NCBI GenBank assembly: GCA_002269645.1
Contig: NIVC01001668.1
Span: 189,393-253,392 of the forward strand
DNA length: 64,000 bases
From: Macrostomum lignano
Lineage: Eukaryota
Reading direction: 5' to 3'
Under the pieces are notes generated by a model that did not search any database, had not been told where the DNA came from, and saw nothing but the letters and a program-made list of their open reading frames with translations. Within the stretch, counting starts at the first letter, position 1. Each line of letters begins with the position of its first letter. Position numbers and translations under genes: made by a program. Below are positions 49,141 through 61,600 of the stretch, one piece after another.

Positions 49141-50158
49141 TTCCTTTTTGCGGCCTAGTTGGTACTGCAAGCTTTCAATTTAATCATAGATACGGAAATC
49201 AGGCTTGCGAGACTGAAAATTTTCTGTCTATGGTCGACACTCGCTGGCATAGCGGATTTCAATTTAATCCTGGGGGCATCAATTTGATCTTTCTAATCAT
49301 ATAACGTTAGATATCCAGCGCTATAACACAAGTCGTTTACTTGTCATTGAGAAAATCTGAAGCAGAACAATACAATAAACAAATAAAAGCTTTAGCGTCG
49401 GATGTCGTCGAGTCAGGCTGGAATAAACCTCAGCATCTGCCGGTACCAGCCTCCGCATTTTGCAACGGTCACTTCACGGGTCCTCTACAACCCTCTGTAG
49501 GACAAGGATTCGCCACTCTCGTAGCGAATGACCATCAGGCGGAGTGCAGTTGTGGTTGAGCCAGCTGGCTTTTGGCTGCCTTCAGGCAGGCGTGCGCGTT
49601 TTCCACAGGATTGAGGAATGGCGAGTATGGAGGCAATGTCACCAGGCGCCAAGCGGGCTGAAATTGATCTGGGATTGTCACTCCATGATGAAAACGGGCG
49701 TCATCCATGATCACACAGACTTCTCGCCATCAGGTACATCACCACGACTCGTCACGCTTTGCACCAGATCATTGATGAACGTCTGGTACCTGACTGCCGT
49801 CATAGGGCCCGTTCTATAAAGCCATCGTAAGATAAGATCGATCTTAGCTCCTATCTTCGCAGTGTAAAAGTTCTGACGTACGATCGAACTTACGCTACGA
49901 CAGCTTTATAGTACGACCCCATAGTCTCTCCGAAGATCAAATGATGAAAAAACAAGTTAAAAACAGGTTTCGCTAAGAGTAAAAATGTGCATTGAATGCA
50001 TAGAATGATCAAATTGATACCCCCAGGATTAAATTGAACTCCGCAAATGCCAGCGGAGACAGAAACTATAGACAGAAAATTTTCAGTCTCGCAAGCCTGA
50101 TTTCCGTATCTATGATTAAATTGAAAGCTTGCAGTACCAACTAGGCCGCAAAAAGGAA
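49141..50158 (-). mobile_element. Non-autonomous IS630/Tc1-mariner derivative with ~170-bp TIRs and a DDE transposase remnant
   Basis: TA|TTCCTTTTTGCGGCC...GGCCGCAAAAAGGAA|TA. The minus strand at about 49550-49810 encodes GPMTAVRYQTFIN / VIMDDARFHH...LPPYSPFLNPVEN. Absent from the left arm. Confidence 0.9.
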
Positions 50159-50892
50159 TAGTTCCACTCAGTTGCTTCAGACATCGAGTTGCGGATTCGG
50201 ACGTCACCCAAAGCAGCTCCTTCTTCCTAAAGAACTTTGCTAGTAGTCAATATTATATTGTTTACGAATAATATGCCAGGAATACACCTATTTGCGAAGT
50301 CTATTTTACAGCTTGTTGTGCATATTAGAGTTGTGCACTCAATGTTGAGCACATTTCTAGGCAAGACAAAAGCAATTAAAAGTTTGATTAAGCATATCGC
50401 GCAGCAAAACTCAAGAAGGCAGCTTATAAAAATTTGCAAACGATCACAAAAGTCCTGTATATGTGATTTCAAATAGCAGCTAAGAATAATACTTATTTTA
50501 CTTGGGTTCTTTATAGTTTTCCTAATCAATTTAAAAAGCGGAAATAAGCGCAATTACAAATTAGGTGCTACGAGCTATTAAATGGTAAAACAGAGATTGA
50601 AAAAGTAAAACACGTACAATTTACAAAAAAGTTGAGTTTGATTTATAACTCAAATGTCACAAACTTGAATCGAAGAATCAAAGTTTAGCCACAATACAAA
50701 AGCATGCTGCCTTTAAGGAAATTTTGTACAGTTGTTGCTTGATTTCACCTTGACGCATTTGTGCCATTATCTGAGGGTCATCCGAGGTCGCAGAGCAAAA
50801 ACCCAGCGGTGTTAAGGCCATAGACTGGCAGCAGCTACCCGGTAGAGTCTATGGCCCAAACCCGGAGTTTTCGGGGTCTCGGGAGACGGCCG

Positions 50893-53800
50893 CTAAACTG
50901 TGGTTGAAGCGACTTTCGAATTACTCGACGAGTCGCCGATGCTGTCAACTTGTCTTCCTTGAAGCGACCGCAGCGCGGCCCGGTGCAGCAGGCGGCCCAC
51001 CAGGTCCATCAGCTCGCAGATGGTCAGCACCGAGACGCCGCAGTACAGACCCAGAATGCCGCCCATCTCGGCCAGCAGATTCTCCACCGGATATCCGTCG
51101 GCCTGGGCGCTGCCGGACCCGATCGAGTACTCGGCTTCGACCCGGATCCAGGCCAGGTTGCTGCGGGCCGCCTCTCGCATGGCCAGCGACTGGCCAAAGC
51201 GCTGCACCGAGCTGGGCTGAATCAGCTGCTCACCCTGCAGGTAGGAGTAGTAAAGCATGGTCAGGCCCTGGTCGGGGCTCACCTGCTTCGGGAAGCCAAC
51301 CAGCGAAGTGAGCGACTGTAGCGTCGCGTTGTAAGCGGCGTTGGAGGCGTCGGGCCACGGCTGAGTCGTCTGGAAGGTTCAATATCAATAAAAAAATTGA
51401 TTTTTAAAATTAGCATTGTGAGGACCAAAACACCTAAAAATAGAATGGGTGAACCATTGGACAGGTAACTCAGAGAGTGGACTTCAGGAAATGTGACCCC
51501 AATCCTGTATTTGTCTAGCATAACATTCTAACTAACAAAAAACTTAAAATGCATGTACAAAGGCTGACAAATTAACATGGAATTTTAATTGATCTGCGTT
51601 TTATTCTATATACATAAATAAACAAGACGCAGCCACAACTGTAACAACTTATGCCATAGACGTTAGGGCATATCGTCGTCCGATTGCGACTGCAACAAAC
51701 AAGACGTAAAAATAATGCCTGCTTCATTCGAAATTCCTAAAGGTGGGATGTCCAGCGAAGTTGGCACGATTTAAAAAATCTTCTGTTCTAGTTGTCCACG
51801 AGGTTTGCGAGGCTATGAAGTGTATAATTACATGTGTCATTGCCTACATTGTGTGTACGATTCCCTGTACATGTGCGCGACGCGATCATGGGTCATAGCT
51901 ACGAGCGTACTGTTAATTGTGGCCAAGGTTTTTCAGCAGCACCCAAAAATCAAAAGCGCGTACGAATTGACGTCCTGGTATCGTCATAGTGTATCAAGCC
52001 ACACAACTTCACTACCAAGCACTTGAATTATTGTCTTTCGAATTCAATGCCAAGTGTATTGATCCGCTAGTTTGGTGTTAGGCGTCGCACTATTGTCAGC
52101 AGCTTCCTTCGCCCTCGCCCTCGCCCTGGGTTGCTGTCTGCCGCTGGGCAGCCTCCCTCCCCTTTTACTGCCTGTTCTCTGGCGCCCCCCTTCTCTGCGC
52201 TCTTGCTTGCAGCCACGAGCTTCTCTGCTGTGGCCTGCTCTGCGGTTCGTTCCTGTCCTGAGGTCACGCTGGCGGCCTGTTTCCCTTGTCATGTGAGCAA
52301 GTCACCTGACAAGTCTTGTTTTCTCGAAGTCCTAAAGTCCTCGTTGGCCCGTGTTTACGGGAGGAATCACGTGCTTCGGGGCCTTGCCTTCTCTAAGGTA
52401 ACAGGTGACTCATGTTTCTAAAAATAGATACTGAGTCATGAGGCATTGTGCGCTTTACCCGCAGACCCTGCCTTCTCTAAGGCAGAGAATGACGTCAGTT
52501 CTAAAAATAGAACAAAGTCACGAGGTCCGGCGCACACTGGTGCAGCGGGGATTCCCTGCCTATAAATACGTGCCCCTCACCCTTGGTTCGGTCAAGGATT
52601 CTTGGTCTTCTTATTGGCTTCTTCTTTCTTCTTCTTGTTGTTATTCTTTAGTCTAGTTTTCCAGACCTCGTTCAGTTGCCCATTTAAACTATCTGTAATT
52701 GGCCTGACTAAACTTAGACGCCCAAGCCTAAGGGACGCTAACACTGCCTTCCCAGCCACCCCCTGAGCCCGGCGGGATCTGCTGACCAGACGCCTTGTTT
52801 ATTAATCTGCAAATCTGCACGCTGTGCTGAGTTCCTTGACTTATTTATTTCGTTCCGACGGGAAGCTCACTTTCCCGAAGGCCGAGACCTGAAGGAACTG
52901 GTGGCAGCACTACCTACGCTACTAAGAGCTAATAGAAGGCTTCCGGTTGAGAAGACGGAGAGCCCAAATCGCTGTGCTAGACAGCAGGAGAAGCACAAGT
53001 ACAACATTGGTGGCAGCGGTGGGATTCAAAGACCTATCAGGCCACCTCGAGACAACCCTAAGTACTTCACAAGCAACATCGAATAGCTCACCAGTTGCAC
53101 CGAGTAGTGAGGCTTCCGACAGTTGGGCTTGCACGCAGCCCAATGCTTCTCTATGAGCGTCTCCATCTTTGTAAACAGTTTGACGGCGCAGAACTCGCTC
53201 AACTGCAACTTTTCAATACCAGCGGGGTCGGAGCTGTTCAGATAGAAGCAGTCTGGGATGTTTCTGTATTTGGTCGGAACTGGCAACAGGTAGGGCAGAC
53301 AGTCGCAGTTCCTAATAAATTCGTCGATAACAATGTGGTTGGCGCAAGACTCCTGGTCGCTTACAAACGTCCAGCTATTGTTGAACTCACTGAAATTTTC
53401 GTGAGTAAGTTGGAGTTAAAAGTTTTGCAAAATTGATAAGAATTGTGTTTCAGATTGAGTCTACGGATGGTACGAGTGTTTCTTGTCAGAAGTGTGAGTC
53501 TGACTCACAAAAAGTAGGAATCTAGTGACGAGAAGTTTTGTTCGTTCCTCGGTCGACGTACAGTCGGGCTCCAGCTGTGGATGCTGTAGTCAATGGTTGA
53601 CTCAACGGGGTTGCACAGGCCTCTCGTTGTGTGGTCCGTGTTCTCAACAAATTTAATTTGGACCGTTGACTGGGCCGCAGTGTAGATGATGATGGCATTC
53701 GGGGAGCTTGGATGCTGTCCCGGCGGCATCACGAACAGGCGAAAACCTGCCGGCTCGCTCACGTCTCCGGTGTTGTACGGGCCGCCCATGACTGCTCGGA

Positions 53801-56800
53801 CGGCCGTGAAGGTGTCCGGACGCCGGTTGCTCAGGTAGTCGTGATCATCGGCGAACAACTTCAGACTGAGCGGACGCAAGCCGTACTGCATCGGCGTCAG
53901 GTCTCGAAGGAACGGAGCGCTGTTGAACTTGTAGCAGGCGCCGTAGTAGGGATGGTGCAGCGCAGTGAAGTCGGCCGGTGTGCACTTCTTGTCACCGAAG
54001 CTGCAGTCGAGCAGGGTGACGACCAGCTTGGAGAGCACGTGAGGTCCGTACTTCTGGTGCAGCAGGCCTGAGATGCACTTCAGCGAGGTTGCTGAAAGGA
54101 TGTTTGTAAATCAGAATGTTGTTTGTAGACATTCTATGCTAATTTCATATTAGGACGTCAGTCTCAGTTTAGTTTAGCGCTGCAAGTTAGGCAAAGTTAG
54201 CCGCGGTTAGTACATAGTGTAGGCAGCGACTACTATCGTGTGTGTTGGGGTAGTTGTTAGCGGCTGCGCCGCGTGACTTTGCAAGCTCTACCTTTGTGCG
54301 TACAGTATCAAATGTGCATAGTGCGACTTTAGCCACCACCCTGACTTAGCTCAATAAAAATAAATATACTGATCGCTATTATTCTCGCCTGGAAGCTTTC
54401 GGCAACTATCGACTACAACAAGCAGTCTAGCCTTGTTTCACTCACTACACATAGCTGAATAGGTTGCTTGCGTCATTGCTGTAAGACTATGGGCCGTATG
54501 CAGAAAGCTTAGTCCAGACTAGCTTGCTTCCCCCTCTCTCTCTGCTTCCCCCCTCTCTCTCTGCTTCCCCCTCTCTCTCTGCTTCCCCCCTCTCTCTCTG
54601 CTTCCCCCTCTCTCTCTGCTTCCCCCCTCTCTCTCTGCTTCCCCCCTCTCTCTCTGCTTCCCCCCCTCTCTCTCTCTGCTTCCCCCTCTCTCTCTGCTTC
54701 CCTCCTCTCTCTCTGCTTCCCCCCTCTCTCTCTCTGCTTCCCCCCTCTCTCTCTCTGCTTCCCCCTCTCTCTCTCTGCTTCCCCCTCTCTCTCTCTGCTT
54801 CCCCCCTCTCTCTCTGCTTCCCCCTCTCTCTCTGCTTCCCCCCTCTAGTCCGGACTAAGCTTTCTGCATACGGCCCAATGCGGCAGCTCTGAGCTGCAGA
54901 ATAAGTCATGCAAGCAGTTTACAGCCCAGCGGGTTAGACATATATCTATACAAAGTACGAGTATACATATGCATAATGTATACTCCACTCTCCCCACTTT
55001 GCCACGCCTTACTCACAGCAGTCAGGAACAGCGCAGCCCTCAAGCGTGAGGTTTTTATAATTAGGCTTTTCAACCAGACACCAAGACTCATTTTCAACGT
55101 CGCTGTCAATGATGAGTTTGTACGAGTAGATGGACTGCCAGCCCAGGCCACTGCTGGGGTCCTTGAACATCACGACTGCGCTCCGACAGCCGCTGCCAAC
55201 GCTGGCAACCGAGTCTGGGTCGGGCAGAAACACGCGATACTCGAAGCTGGAGTTTAGATTTTGAAACTCTGCAGCCAGGCTGCCGTTCGCCAGGGCCTCC
55301 CACGATCGGCAGGATTTTCCAGAGCGCGACGTCTGCTCTGAGCCCATGTAGGTTGTGCTGATTGAGCTGCCGCTGGTGATGCGAGCTGAGCAGTCGGCAA
55401 GATTGTTTTCGGCCTTGCCTGCGGGACGGTTTTACAGTTTACAGCTGTAAAATGGGTGCCAGCATTAGCTGGGGTAATTGAGGGTGCATGTGGCGACCCC
55501 CCAGTCCTTGGACTGAACAGCCGTACGCAGCCTTCAGATGCTGCGGCTGAGCTGTCGGTTGCACATCTGGCCCAATCGGGGCAGGTGTAATCAATTATTT
55601 TTTTATTATTAGATAAAATACTTTGCCGTCTGCTGTAACGTTTTTTTAATTTGAAAGTTTATTCAAGAATTTATCACAGGGAGCACTATGAAAGTTCCAA
55701 TTACAATTTAACAGGAAATGAACTTCACTTTCCACTCCCGCATGGCACTTTGGGTAGGTTCTCGTAAGGGATCCTTGGTCTCGCAGTCCTTGATTGTTTC
55801 GCGAGCCAGTTTATGGTTTTCTACTCTAAACCGTGACATTGTGTACTTTAATTCTGGATTGAAAATTTCTAGGAGCTTTTCAGTTGAGTACCGTTTAAAA
55901 GGGTCTGTGAGAATTTTCCGATGGAGGTTGTCCCGCAGCGAGGTTTTCCAGTCGGAATTTCAAATCACTAGTCTAGTCTATTTCTAATTTAGTATAGTCT
56001 AGTCTAGTATAGCCTAGTCTAGTCTAGTTCTAGTCTATTTCTATTTTAGTCTAGTCTAATTCTAATCTAGTCTAGTCTAGTCTAGTCTAGTCTAGTATAG
56101 CCTAGTATAGCCTAGTCTAGTCTAGTTCTAGTCTATTTCTGTTTTAGTCTAGTCTAATTCTAATCTAGTCTAGTCTAGTCTAGTATAGCTTAGTCTAGTC
56201 TAGTTCTAGTCTATTTCTATTTTAGTCTAGTCTAATTCTAATCTAGTCTAGTCTAGTCTAGTCTAGTCTAGTCTAGTATAGTATAGTCTATTCTTATTCT
56301 AGTCTGGTTCTAATCTAGTATAATCTAGTCTAGTAAAGTCTACAGACAGAAGCTCTGTCTGGGTGAAGGCCAGCGACCAACGAAGTCCGAACTGATGCAG
56401 ACACATGTGGTCGACGTGCTGATGAAATTTGGAGGCTTGGCAAGGCTGCACTGAGGCGCAGTGCTGATTGGCGCACAGGGTGTATTGAATACACTGGCGC
56501 TTATGGGAAAAATCCGACCTTCTGACAGAATCGTTGAATATCTCGACGGTCCGGAGGGCTGGCGACTTCATTCATGTTTCAGAAGGTGCGCAACAAAAAT
56601 TCAACCCGTGTTCTTGAATTTCGAGTGCCTGCTTTACTCCATTCCGGTGCAAAAATACACTGTCAGGAGGAAGCCTCCTTGGTAGTTCTATTGTTAAACA
56701 GGATAAATTTTCAGCTCAAAAAAGCACGGAGAACTCACTACAGAACGGCACACCGCAGTAGTTGATGTCCAGTCCGGTGTCGCTGCTGCCAGATCTGTGG

Positions 56801-58164
56801 AAGCAGAACGGACCTTGCACTGCGCTACCAATCGTGTAGTTGCTGTCTAATTTTGGAACTCCTACAAAATTTTTTTAAGCAGAAAGCAATTTTTAGTAAT
56901 ACTTGGGGCGTCAGTTAAGAATCATGTTTAAGGAGCTGCACTTGCCCAGAACAGTCTTTGTCATCAAAACGTCCAACTTCGAGTTGTACAGGCAGGAAGA
57001 GTGATTCAGGTTGGGCACAAAGTTTCCTATGGTGGATGAGATATTGCTAACGAGCGATCGGGCCTCCGATCAGGTGACGCAGGGCACTCGGACCGGCTGC
57101 AGGCTCAGGTCGTAGGTGAGCGCTGTGGTGTAATTTCCTGTGAACTCTTCGCCTTGCAGAGAGATCCGGCAGCTGTTGAAGAAGTCTGTACTTTTGGGGA
57201 AAGCGATTTTTTGAAAAAAAAAACTCCAAATTTCGTCAATCTAAGTAGCATTTTCACCAACTCTAACTAATCCGAAACTTGACTCAATCCAGTGAAATGG
57301 CCATGACCATGAGGTCACTGCTATCATCGAAGCTTCAAGTGCTACGTATTCGCACCGAACAGGCTGTTCAACCTGGCAAAAGAAATCCACTTACCTGCAT
57401 ACCTTTATATCTTTCCTGACCAAAGAGAGACTAACGCTTTTTCCGTAGGCCAGATGCTGAGTATCTATGACACCTTGAAGGATCAATTCAACCAATAATG
57501 TAATTTTAATATTCGACGCACCTTTTGACAGATTGACTCTGCTAGACAGAATCTCCGTCTGCCAGTTAAACCAAGCGGTGTGGATTCCTAGGCTGACAGC
57601 TGCCGCACTGTTGTTGATGACGTCACTCTGCAGCTTCAAGTTGTAAGCCGTCACGTTGGTCTCGTACAGGTAGGCGTAGTCGGCCGTCTTCTGGATGGAC
57701 TTGGTGATGCGGCTGTAGCCTACAGGATTGGCGCTGCACAGGTAGATATCCGGGTACTGGAATGGAACCTCCGCAATAAGGCTGGTGGACACCGGGTGGC
57801 TCTGGAACTTGAGGACCAGCGTGGCGGTGTGGTAGCAGAGACCCGCGTAGGCCGCCAGCAGAAACAGCAGCCACAGGCCGCTGCCAGTTCGACCTGAGGA
57901 GCCCGCCAGCCGAGAGAACTCGTGAGCAGTGGTGGAGTCTGCGAAGCTCATCAGCGACATCAAAATCGACTTGTCGCTCTTGTCGTCCTTTTCGTCAGTG
58001 TCGCCGATGTTGGCTTTTTGAGCTTCCTGCATCTCGGCTGGCTCCGCTGGCCTGACCGATGCTGCTGAGGACTCGCTGGCAGAGTACATTCGCTTGTAGC
58101 AACCGGCGCAGCTGCCAGCCTTTTTAAACTTCTCCTTCATCCAACTGCCGAGACCCGTTGCCAT
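50893..58164 (-). CDS. DEG/ENaC gene A' (mirror copy of A), 7 exons, 921 aa predicted
   Basis: Exons 58164-57522, 57185-56946, 56861-56739, 55418-55017, 54091-53509, 53389-53092, 51369-50893 splice in frame (2766 nt). Carries HG->HE, a 2-aa insertion in kringle 2 and a 5-aa deletion (GPSLD). Confidence 0.88.
52055..53069 (+). mobile_element. Solo LTR (1015 bp) in intron 6 of A'
   Basis: Starts TG and ends CA, with a 4-bp TSD CAAG (52051-52054, 53070-53073). Internal TATAAATA at about 52561. The empty site GTTGCTTGGCATTG is present in the left arm at about 24088-24101. Confidence 0.88.
54490..54877. mobile_element. MITE with 33-bp TIRs enclosing a CT-rich ~19-bp tandem repeat, in intron 4 of A'
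   Basis: TGGGCCGTATGCAGAAAGCTTAGTCC(A/G)GACTAG at both ends, inverted. Absent from gene A intron 4. No clean TSD. Confidence 0.8.
55440..55610 (+). mobile_element. 3' remnant of the CORE-SINE (head deleted in this arm)
   Basis: Mirror of 21620-21790 only. 21790-22105 has no counterpart here. Confidence 0.7.
55680..55960 (-). mobile_element. LINE 3' fragment, mirror copy
   Basis: Mirror of 21270-21560. Confidence 0.7.
55965..56340. repeat. (TCTAG)n degenerate microsatellite
   Basis: Read directly. Confidence 0.88.
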
Positions 58165-58614
58165 TGGAGATCGCAACAAAGGCCACTATCAATCAATATA
58201 CTCGTACTTTTGGGAAGGAAAAAAACAAGAGGTCGAGTTCAGTGATTCTCTTTAGTGTAGCGGAGCTCACAGATACTCAAACAATAGCAGCTTGTGACCG
58301 CTGTGTGGAAAGCAGTATATATATATATATAGATTGTTGGCCATTTTTTATCGGAGGCAAACAACGGTTGAGCCTGGAATAATTAATATCAACCAAGTGA
58401 CCCTATAGCCTACAACTGTAGTCAGTTAGTCTCAGATAGATAGCTAGTAGGAGCAATATTGGCTGACGCAATTGCAGCTTTATGGGGAAAACAAAGCAAT
58501 TTATTTTAAGATAAACTGGTATGAGCACTGTTTACGATGCTGCTCTACTGAACTCATGCTGCTAATATGGATGATTTGTGGGCCTCCCGCAGGCTTTCCT
58601 AAATAGCTTTAGGA

Positions 58615-61600
58615 CAGAGGTCGGCAAGCTTTTTTATAAAAGGGCCAAATAGAGAACCCAGCGCAGACTTCGGGCCGGAGGAGAGGGAGAGAAGAGAGAA
58701 GAGAGAAGAGAGAAGAGAGAAGAGAGAAGAGAGAAGAGAGAAGAGAGAGAGAAGAGAGAAGAGAGAAGAGAGAAGAGAGAAGAGAGAAGAGAGAAGAGAG
58801 AAGAGAGAAGAGAGAAGAGAGAAGAGAGAAGAGAGAAGAGAGAAGAGAGAAGAGAGAAGAGAGAAGAGAGAAGAGAGAAGAGAGAAGAGAGAAGAGAGAA
58901 GAGAGAAGAGAGAAGAGAGAAGATAGATGAGAGAAGAGAGAAGATAGATGAGAGAAGAGAGAAGAGAGAAGAGAGAAGAGAAAAGAGAAAAGAGAAAAGA
59001 GAAAAGAGAAAAGAGAAAAGAGAAAATAGAAAAGAAAAAAGAGAAGAGAGGAGAGACAGGAGAGAAGAGAGAAGAGAGAAGAGAGAAGAGAGAAGATAGA
59101 TGAGAGAAGAGAGAAGAGAGAAGAGAGAAGAGAAAAGAGAAAATAGAAAAGAAAAAAGAGAAGAGAGGAGAGACAGGAGAGAAGAGAGAAGAGAGAAGAG
59201 AGAAGAGAGAAGAGAGAAGAGAGAAGATAGATGAGAGAAGAGAGAAGAGAGAAGAGAGAAGAGAGAAGAGAGAAGAGAGAAGAGAGAAGAGAGAAGAGAG
59301 AAGAGAGAAGAGAGAAGAGAGAAGAGAGAAGACAGAAGAGAGAAGAGAGAAGAGAGAAGAGAGAAGAGAGAAGAGAGAAGAGAGAAGAGAGAAGAGAGAA
59401 GAGAGAAGAGAGAAGAGAGAAGAGAGAAGATAGATGAGAGAAGAGAGAAGAGAGAAGAGAGAAGAGAAAAGAGAAAAGAGAAAAGAGAAAAGAGAAAAGA
59501 GAAAATAGAAAAGAAAAAAGAGAAGAGAGGAGAGACAGGAGAGAAGAGAGAAGAGAGAAGAGAGAAGAGAGAAGAGAGAAGAGAGAAGAGAGAAGATAGA
59601 TGAGAGAAGAGAGAAGAGAGAAGAGAGAAGAGAAAAGAGAAAAAGAAAAGAGAAAAGAGAAAAGAGAAAATAGAAAAGAAAAAAGAGAAGAGAGGAGAGA
59701 CAGGAGAGAAGAGAGAAGAGAGAAGAGAGAAGAGAGAAGAGAGAAGAGAGAAGAGAGAAGAGAGAAGAGAGAAGAGAGAAGAGAGAAGAGAGAAGAGAGA
59801 AGAGAGAAGAGAGAAGAGAGAAGAGAGAAGAAAGAAGAGAGAAGAGAGAAGAGAGAAGAGAGAAGAGAGAAGAGAGAAGAGAGAAGAGAGAAGAGAGAAG
59901 AGAGAAGAGAGAAGAGAGAAGATAGATGAGAGAAGAGAGAAGATAGATGAGAGAAGAGAGAAGAGAGAAGAGAGAAGAGAAAAGAGAAAAGAGAAAAGAG
60001 AAAAGAGAAAAGAGAAAAGAGAAAATAGAAAAGAAAAAAGAGAAGAGAGAGACAGGAGAGAAGAGAGAAGAGAGAAGAGAGAGAGAGATAGATGAGAGAA
60101 GAGAGAAGAGAGAAGAGAGAAGAGAAAAGAGAAAATAGAAAAGAAAAAAGAGAAGAGAGGAGAGACAGGAGAGAAGAGAGAAGAGAGAAGAGAGAAGAGA
60201 GAAGAGAGAAGAGAGAAGATAGATGAGAGAAGAGAGAAGAGAGAAGAGAGAAGAGAGAAGAGAGAAGAGAGAAGAGAGAAGAGAGAAGAGAGAAGAGAGA
60301 AGAGAGAAGAGAGAAGAGAGAAGAGAGAAGAGAGAAGACAGAAGACAGAAGAGAGAAGAGAGAAGAGAGAAGAGAGAGAGAGAGAGAGAAGAGAGAAGAG
60401 AGAAGAGAGAAGAGAGAAGAGAGAAGAGAGAAGAGAGAGATAGATGAGAGAAGAGAGAAGAGAGAAGAGAGAAGAGAAAAGAGAAAAGAGAAAAGAGAAA
60501 AGAGAAAAGAGAAATAGAAAGAAAAAAGAGAAGAGAGGAGAGACAGGAGAGAAGAGAGAAGAGAGAAGAGAGAAGAGAGAAGAGAGAAGAGAGAAGAGAG
60601 AAGATAGATGAGAGAAGAGAGAAGAGAGAAGAGAGAAGAGAAAAGAGAAAAGAGAAAAGAGAAAGAGAAAAGAGAAATAGAAAAGAAAAAGAGAAGAGAG
60701 GAGAGACAGGAGAGAAGAGAGAAGAGAGAAGAGAGAAGAGAGAAGAGAGAAGAGAGAAGAGAGAAGAGAGAAGAGAGAAGAGAGAAGAGAGAAGAGAGAA
60801 GAGAGAAGAGAGAAGAGAGAAGAGAGAAGAGAGAGAGAGAGAAGAGAGAAGAGAGAAGAGAGAAGAGAGAAGAGAGAAGAGAGAAGAGAGAAGAGAGAAG
60901 ATAGATGAGAGAAGAGAGAAGAGAGAAGAGAGAAGAGAAAAGAGAAAAGAGAAAAGAGAAATGAGAAAATAGAAAATAGAAAAGAAAAAAGAGAAGAGAG
61001 GAGAGACAGGAGAGAAGAGAGAAGAGAGAAGAGAGAAGAGAGAAGAGAGAAGAGAGAAGAGAGAAGAGAGAAGAGAGAAGAGAGAAGAGAGAAGAGAGAA
61101 GAGAGAAGAGAGAAGAGAGAAGAGAGAAGATAGACGAGAGAAGAGAGAAGAGAGAAGAGAGAAGAGAAAAGAGAAAAGAGAAAAGAGAAAATAGAAAAGA
61201 GAAAAGAGAAAAGAGAAAAGAGAAAAGAGAAAAGAGAAAAGAGAAAAGAGAAAATAGAAAAGAAAAAAGAGAAGAGAGGAGAGACAGGAGAGAAGAGAGA
61301 AGAGAGAAGAGAGAAGAGAGAAGAGAGAAGAGAGAAGAGAGAAGAGAGAAGATAGATGAGAGAAGAGAGAAGAGAGAAGAGAGAAGAGAAAAGAGAAAAG
61401 AGAAAAGAGAAAATAGAAAAGAGAAAAGAGAAAATAGAAAATAGAAAAGAAAAAAGAGAAGAGAGGAGAGACAGGAGAGAAGAGAGAAGAGAGAAGAGAG
61501 AAGAGAGAAGAGAAAGAGAGAAGAGAGAAGAGAGAAGAGAGAAGAGAGAAGAGAGAAGAGAGAAGATAGATGAGAGAAGAGAGAGAGAGAAGAGAGAGAG

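Noticed and set aside
48905-50436. Possible degenerate LINE RT (GILFVNNIILTTS) flanking the Tc1-like element
   Set aside because: The catalytic DD is absent and the frames contain stops, so it is not supportable without a search.
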